From: an uncultured Planctomycetia bacterium
Lineage (GTDB): Bacteria > Omnitrophota > Gorgyraeia > 2-01-FULL-45-10 > JAHFGN01
DNA length: 60,039 nucleotides
Direction: 5' to 3'
Assembly (NCBI GenBank): GCA_964354545.1
Contig: CAYHAE010000007.1
Span: 1 to 60,039, forward strand
In this document: positions 55,054 to 60,039 of the stretch, one piece after another
Numbering within the stretch: the first letter of the stretch is position 1
Layout of the letters: every line of letters starts with the position of its first letter
The notes under the pieces: generated by a model
Database searches by the model: none
What the model saw: the letters and a program-made list of their open reading frames with translations, nothing else
What the model was told of the DNA's origin: nothing
Translations under genes and position numbers: made by a program

Positions 55054-56421
55054 ATGAAGCTATCAGAAATACTCGAGGTCACACGCGGCACATTGGCCGC
55101 AGGCGGCCAGGCTCTCGACGTCCCGCCGGAGCGGTTCTCGACGGATTCGAGGACCTTGCGGAGGGGTGATTTTTTTATTGCGATCACGGGACCCGCATTC
55201 GATGGAAATGATTATATCAGCGATGCGTTCAGGAAAGGCGCATGCGGTGCCATCACGTCACGGCGCACGATGCCGGCAGGCGAGGCCACGCAGGCGCTCA
55301 TCAAGGTGAACGATACGACAAAGGCATACGGTGCGCTTGCGCGTCACCACAGGATGAAATTCGATATCCCGCTCATCGCTGTCACGGGGTCCTGCGGTAA
55401 GACGACCACCAAGGACATGATCGCGCATATCCTCTCGGGGAAATTCACGGTGCTCAAGAACGAGGGTACGAAGAATAACCACATCGGTGTTCCGGAGACG
55501 CTCCTCAGGCTTAGCGAGGATTCGGAGATGGCCGTGCTTGAGCTTGGGATGAACCACGCGGGCGAGATAAGGTACCTGGGTGATGTCGCGAGGCCCACCA
55601 TGGCAGCCGTCACCAACGTGGGGCCTTCGCACCTGGGATCGCTCAAGAGCCTGCGGAACATATTTAAAGCGAAGGCAGAGCTCCTCGAGTGCCTCCCGTC
55701 AGGTGCGCCTGCGATCGTGAACGGCGATGACGAATACCTGTCACGGTGGAGGGCGCGCCGCCTCATCCGAGTTACCTTTGGACTCGGGGCGCGCAACGAT
55801 TTCCGGGCGAACCGGATGCGTTTCGAGGCCGGCAGGTGGCGCTTCTTCATAAACGGCAGGTACCCGTGTGAGCTCAAGGTGATCGGGAGGCACAACGTCT
55901 ATAATGCCCTTGCCGCGATCGCGGTGTCGTCCCATTTCAACGTAGGATACTCGTTTATGTGCGAGAGGCTCTCGACCTTCTCTCCCGAGGGGATGCGGCT
56001 CGCTGTGCGGAAGATATCCGGCATCGAGTTCATCAACGACGCGTATAACTCAAACCCGTCTTCGATGAAATACGCCCTCGACGCGCTTGTGGACTATGAG
56101 ACGAAGGGGCAGAGGATCGTCGTTGCAGGAGATATGCTTGAACTCGGACCGCGCTCGAGGTCGCTCCATGCCCAGATCGGCGAGCGCATCGCGCATTCAA
56201 AGATAGATCTCCTCCTTACTGTGGGGAAGCTGTCAGGCGAGACCCTGCGCTCGGCGCGCGCATTCGGGATGGCGCGCGAGCGCGCGAAGCGCTGCGCGAC
56301 ACATGAGGACGCAGCGAGGCACCTCACGCGTGTAGCGAGGCCTCACGACGTTGTCCTTGTGAAGGGATCCCGGGCGATGCGAATGGAGAAAGTGATCGAG
56401 AATTTCGAGAAGCTCACGTGA
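55054..56421 (+). CDS. murF: UDP-MurNAc-tripeptide--D-Ala-D-Ala ligase
   Basis: VTGSCGKTTTKDM, NDAYNSNPSSM and MLELG motifs. Confidence 0.94.
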   Translation: MKLSEILEVTRGTLAAGGQALDVPPERFSTDSRTLRRGDFFIAITGPAFDGNDYISDAFRKGACGAITSRRTMPAGEATQALIKVNDTTKAYGALARHHRMKFDIPLIAVTGSCGKTTTKDMIAHILSGKFTVLKNEGTKNNHIGVPETLLRLSEDSEMAVLELGMNHAGEIRYLGDVARPTMAAVTNVGPSHLGSLKSLRNIFKAKAELLECLPSGAPAIVNGDDEYLSRWRARRLIRVTFGLGARNDFRANRMRFEAGRWRFFINGRYPCELKVIGRHNVYNALAAIAVSSHFNVGYSFMCERLSTFSPEGMRLAVRKISGIEFINDAYNSNPSSMKYALDALVDYETKGQRIVVAGDMLELGPRSRSLHAQIGERIAHSKIDLLLTVGKLSGETLRSARAFGMARERAKRCATHEDAARHLTRVARPHDVVLVKGSRAMRMEKVIENFEKLT

Positions 56422-56434
56422 CATAAGGCGAACC

Positions 56435-57523
56435 ATGCTCTACTATATCTTCTATCCGCTGCGAACCTGGTGGTTCGGGTTTAATGTCTTCAAGTACATT
56501 ACCTTTAGGGCCGCCATGGCGAGCATCACCGCTTTTCTCATCTCTCTCCTCGTCGGTCCCGTGATCATACGGTGGCTCAAATCCGTGAACTTCGGGCAGA
56601 ATATCAGGAAGGAACACGTAGAGTCTCTCTACGAGCTCACCAAGCATAAACAGGGCACGCCCTCGATGGGCGGCATCATTATACTCCTGGCGATCATCGT
56701 GCCGACGGTGCTGTGGGCCGATGTAGCGAACAAGTACATACTCCTCAGCATCTTTGCGATCATGTCGCTTGGCACCGTGGGATTCATAGACGACTATGTG
56801 AAGGTATCGAAGAAGAGGAACCTTGGCCTGAGGGCGCTGCGCAAGCTCTTCTGGCAGATCACGATCGGGCTCGCGGTCGCCGCGTTCGTCTACTTTTTCA
56901 CACCTATCCCCCACACCCTGCAGGTGCCGTTCTCCAAAAAATTTGTGCTCGATCTGGGAGCGCTCTACATTTTTTTCGTGATGCTCGTGATCGTGAGCTC
57001 AACGAACGCGGTGAACCTCACCGACGGCCTCGACGGGCTCGCAATAGGATGCACGATCATCGCGGCGATCACCTACTCTGTGCTGAGCTACATCGCGGGG
57101 CACGCGGCCTTCAGCGAATACCTCAATATATTCCACCTTGAGGACGGGGGAGAGCTTACCGTCCTCTGTGCGGCGGTCGTGGGAGCGTGGCTCGGTTTCT
57201 TGTGGTTCAACTCATATCCCGCAAACGTATTCATGGGGGATACGGGCTCTCTTGCTCTCGGAGGGACCATCGGCGTTGTCGCGGTCCTCATTAAGAAGGA
57301 GCTCCTCCTTTTCCTCGTCGGGGGGATATTCGTCATCGAGGCGCTCTCGGTCCTGTTGCAGATAATCGCGTACCGGTTCTTCAAGAAGAGGCTCTTCCTC
57401 ATGGCGCCCATCCACCACCATTTCCAGCTCCTGGGTTGGGCCGAATCGAAGATTACCATACGGCTCTGGATTATCGCGATAGTCCTTGCGCTCATGAGCC
57501 TGGCGACCTTAAAACTGCAATGA
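56435..57523 (+). CDS. mraY: Phospho-MurNAc-pentapeptide translocase
   Basis: Ten-TM pattern with GFIDDY, NAVNLTDGLDGLA and MGDTGSLALGG motifs. Confidence 0.96.
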   Translation: MLYYIFYPLRTWWFGFNVFKYITFRAAMASITAFLISLLVGPVIIRWLKSVNFGQNIRKEHVESLYELTKHKQGTPSMGGIIILLAIIVPTVLWADVANKYILLSIFAIMSLGTVGFIDDYVKVSKKRNLGLRALRKLFWQITIGLAVAAFVYFFTPIPHTLQVPFSKKFVLDLGALYIFFVMLVIVSSTNAVNLTDGLDGLAIGCTIIAAITYSVLSYIAGHAAFSEYLNIFHLEDGGELTVLCAAVVGAWLGFLWFNSYPANVFMGDTGSLALGGTIGVVAVLIKKELLLFLVGGIFVIEALSVLLQIIAYRFFKKRLFLMAPIHHHFQLLGWAESKITIRLWIIAIVLALMSLATLKLQ

Positions 57524-58911
57524 GCACCCCTATCGATCTCAACGGTAAACGAGTGACGGTCGTCGGCTTAGGGACGAGCGGCCTCAACGCGGCGCTCCTT
57601 TTGGACGATGTCGGCGCGCTCGTAAGGGTCACGGAACGTGCGGATGATCCCGGCGTCCGGAGCGCAGTCGAACGCCTCGAGCATCGGGGTATCGAGATCG
57701 AGGTCGGCTCCCATACGAGGAAGTTCATCCAGGACAGCGAGCTCGTGGTAGCGAGCCCCGGCGTCGAGAACGCCGCGCCGCCCATTCGATGGGCCGAGGA
57801 ACTCAAGATCCCCATCATCAGCGAGATGGAACTCGGGTTCCTCTACTGCAAGGGGAGGATCATCGGCATCACGGGGACGAACGGCAAGAGCACGGTGACG
57901 ACGCTCATCGGCGAGATCCTCAAGGCCTCCGGCCTCAAGACAGTCGTGTGCGGGAACATCGGGAACGCGCTCTCGGGCGAGATAGGACGCATCACGGAGG
58001 AGCACTGGGTGGTCCTCGAGGTGAGCTCGTTCCAGCTTGAGAGGATACGGCAGTTCAGGCCTTCCATCGCCATAATACTGAACGTGACCGATGACCACAT
58101 GGACCGCTATCCGAACTTCAACGCCTATTATGCCGAGAAGCTCAAGATATTCAAGAACCAGACAGAGGATGATTTCCTGGTGCTCAATTACGATGCCCAA
58201 ACCTTGAGGAACGTGAAGGCCGAGATGAGCCCGCGCCCACAGGTCCTCTTCTTCAGCGCGCGGCATCCGGTGGAAGGCGCATTCATAAAAGACGGGAACG
58301 TGGTGTGTCATGTGAAAGGCGCCACGAAGGAGATCTGCGATACGCGCGACATGCGCGTGAGAGGAGCGCACAACCTCGAGAACGTCCTCGCCTCGTGCCT
58401 CGCGGGCGCGCTCGCGGGAGCCGAGCCGCACCTGATACGGGAAGCGGTTATGAGCTTCAAAGGACTCGAGCACAGGTTTGAAACGGTCGGCTTCATCAAC
58501 GGCATCGAATTTGTCGATGACTCAAAGGGGACCACTGTCGATTCGACCCGCCGGGCGCTGGAATCGTCGAAGAAGCCGGTCGTCTTGATCGCGGGAGGCC
58601 GTGACAAGAAGAGCGATTTCACCGCGATAAGGGACCTCGTGAAGACAAAGGTGAGGTATCTCGTCCTCATAGGAGAGGCGAAGAACAAACTCGCCCACAG
58701 CCTCAGGGACACGGCACCGCTCATCGGGGTCTCTACCATGGATGAGGCCGTGGAGAAATCGTTCTACCTCGCGCAGCGCGGTGACATGGTTCTCCTCTCG
58801 CCCATGTGCGCAAGTTTCGATATGTTCAAAGACTATCACGAGAGAGGCAAGGTCTTCAAAGAAGCCGTGAGAGGTCTGAAGAGATCAGCGCAGAGAAGAC
58901 CGGCGCCATGA
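57520..58911 (+). CDS. murD: UDP-MurNAc-L-alanine--D-glutamate ligase
   Basis: VVGLGTSG, GITGTNGKSTV and DDSKGT motifs. ATGA overlap with mraY. Confidence 0.94.
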   Translation: MSTPIDLNGKRVTVVGLGTSGLNAALLLDDVGALVRVTERADDPGVRSAVERLEHRGIEIEVGSHTRKFIQDSELVVASPGVENAAPPIRWAEELKIPIISEMELGFLYCKGRIIGITGTNGKSTVTTLIGEILKASGLKTVVCGNIGNALSGEIGRITEEHWVVLEVSSFQLERIRQFRPSIAIILNVTDDHMDRYPNFNAYYAEKLKIFKNQTEDDFLVLNYDAQTLRNVKAEMSPRPQVLFFSARHPVEGAFIKDGNVVCHVKGATKEICDTRDMRVRGAHNLENVLASCLAGALAGAEPHLIREAVMSFKGLEHRFETVGFINGIEFVDDSKGTTVDSTRRALESSKKPVVLIAGGRDKKSDFTAIRDLVKTKVRYLVLIGEAKNKLAHSLRDTAPLIGVSTMDEAVEKSFYLAQRGDMVLLSPMCASFDMFKDYHERGKVFKEAVRGLKRSAQRRPAP

Positions 58912-60005
58912 GAAGGATAAGCGCGTCGATCTTCCTCATTGTATCCGTTCTCATAGCGATAGGCCTCGTGATGATCTACAGTGCGAGCGCGCTCTACGGC
59001 TACGACAAGATGGGCGACAGCCTCTACTTTCTCAAGAGGCACCTCATCTATCTCGTCATGGGCTACGTCGCGATGTTCTTTGTCATGCGCATCGATATGC
59101 GCCACGTGAGGGCCTTCTCGAAACCTCTCATTGTGTGTGCGGGGTCGCTCCTGCTCTTCGTCCTTGTCCCCGGGCTCGGGAGGGAGATCAGCGGCGCGCG
59201 CCGGTGGTTCAGCTTCGGCCCGGTTACCTTCCAGCCGTCGGAGCTTTCGAAGATCGCGCTCCTCATCTATATCGCTGACTTCGTTGCGAGAAAGGGGAAG
59301 GGTTTGCGGAGCTTCTTCACGGGCTATCTGCCTCCCCTCTTCGTTACGGGCGGGTGCGTAGGCCTCGTGCTGCTCGAGCCGGACCTCGGGACGGCGATCG
59401 ATATCGCCGTGATATCTCTCCTCATGCTCTTCACCGCCGGCGTGCGGGTATCGCACCTCGCGGTCACGGTCCTGTCGAGCGTCCCTGTCCTGTATCTTTT
59501 GCTCTTCAACGTTCCCTACCGTCGGAAGCGTCTCATGATATTCCTCAATCCGTGGGCGGACAAGAAGGGCGCGGGGTATCAAATCATACAGTCCCTGATC
59601 GCCCTGGGCTCGGGAGGCCTGTGCGGGGTGGGGTTGGGGCAGTCGAAGCAGAAATTGTTCTATTTGCCCGAAGCGTACACGGATTTCATTTTTTCTATCA
59701 TCGGAGAAGAGCTCGGATTTCTGGGAGCCGCGACGATCATCTTCCTCTTCGGGCTCTTCGTGTGGCAGGGCATGCGCGTGTCGATCAACTCCGACGATGC
59801 CTTCGGGAAGACGTTGGGCTTCGGCATTGTCTCCATGATCGCGCTCGAGGCGATCATTAATATTGGGGTGACGAGCGGCGCGTTTCCCACAAAGGGTTTG
59901 CCCCTGCCGTTCGTGAGCTACGGGGGGACGTCTTTAGTCTTTCACATGACCGCGGTGGGGCTCCTTCTCAATATTGCGAAACGATGCGAGGCCGGCAGAC
60001 GATGA
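58908..60005 (+). CDS. ftsW: SEDS family peptidoglycan glycosyltransferase FtsW
   Basis: GLVMIYSASA, FQPSELSKIAL, and LPLPFVSYGGTS at the C-terminus. ATGA overlap with murD. Confidence 0.93.
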   Translation: MRRISASIFLIVSVLIAIGLVMIYSASALYGYDKMGDSLYFLKRHLIYLVMGYVAMFFVMRIDMRHVRAFSKPLIVCAGSLLLFVLVPGLGREISGARRWFSFGPVTFQPSELSKIALLIYIADFVARKGKGLRSFFTGYLPPLFVTGGCVGLVLLEPDLGTAIDIAVISLLMLFTAGVRVSHLAVTVLSSVPVLYLLLFNVPYRRKRLMIFLNPWADKKGAGYQIIQSLIALGSGGLCGVGLGQSKQKLFYLPEAYTDFIFSIIGEELGFLGAATIIFLFGLFVWQGMRVSINSDDAFGKTLGFGIVSMIALEAIINIGVTSGAFPTKGLPLPFVSYGGTSLVFHMTAVGLLLNIAKRCEAGRR

Positions 60006-60039
60006 AGGTGCTCATTGCGTGCGGGGCGAGCGGCGGACA
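60002..60039 (+). CDS. murG: MurG (UDP-GlcNAc transferase), 5' fragment truncated by the window edge
   Basis: MKVLIACGASGG matches the MurG N-terminal G-loop. ATGA overlap with ftsW. Only 12 codons are visible. Confidence 0.7.
   Translation, partial: MKVLIACGASGG

Overview
A 60 kb piece of a fairly GC-rich bacterial chromosome. Only the first two genes are on the minus strand. From 2353 to the end, every gene I accept is on the plus strand, and many are joined by ATGA/GTGA start-stop overlaps.

Gene order:
- thpR and cinA (minus strand)
- a REP-associated tyrosine transposase (RAYT)
- recA-recX-alaS, fused directly to a his block (hisD-B-H-A-F-I)
- a trp block (trpE-G-D-C-F, an embedded FkbM-type methyltransferase, trpB-A)
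- manC, ruvX, an M16 peptidase, an M50/CBS protease, rpe, a phosphohexomutase, lepA, lepB, pgsA, plsY
- an ~8 kb accessory cassette (30.0-38.1 kb): orphan small proteins, a YD-motif lipoprotein, an ECF sigma factor, a zf-HC2/FecR/TPR anti-sigma factor and a 1269-aa YD-repeat secreted protein
- cvpA, a nucleoside hydrolase, a NIF3-like gene, dnaG, rpoD and three small envelope or unknown proteins
- a repeat-saturated tRNA-Met/tRNA-Val locus
- a COG1579 zinc-ribbon gene, rnhA and RNase P RNA
- the dcw cluster, mraZ to the start of murG

The main global feature is at least six families of short structured repeats. Several have entered coding sequence. One is translated inside hisH, one supplies the hisI stop, one supplies the manC start, one sits inside the RAYT gene, and one may lie inside murE.

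The best candidates for something undescribed are:
1. the ECF / anti-sigma / YD-repeat cassette;
2. a conserved three-helix module attached directly to the CCA end of both tRNAs, with compensatory and strand-specific G-U substitutions.

All calls come from reading the sequence and the ORF translations. No database search was run, so family names rest on recognised motifs.
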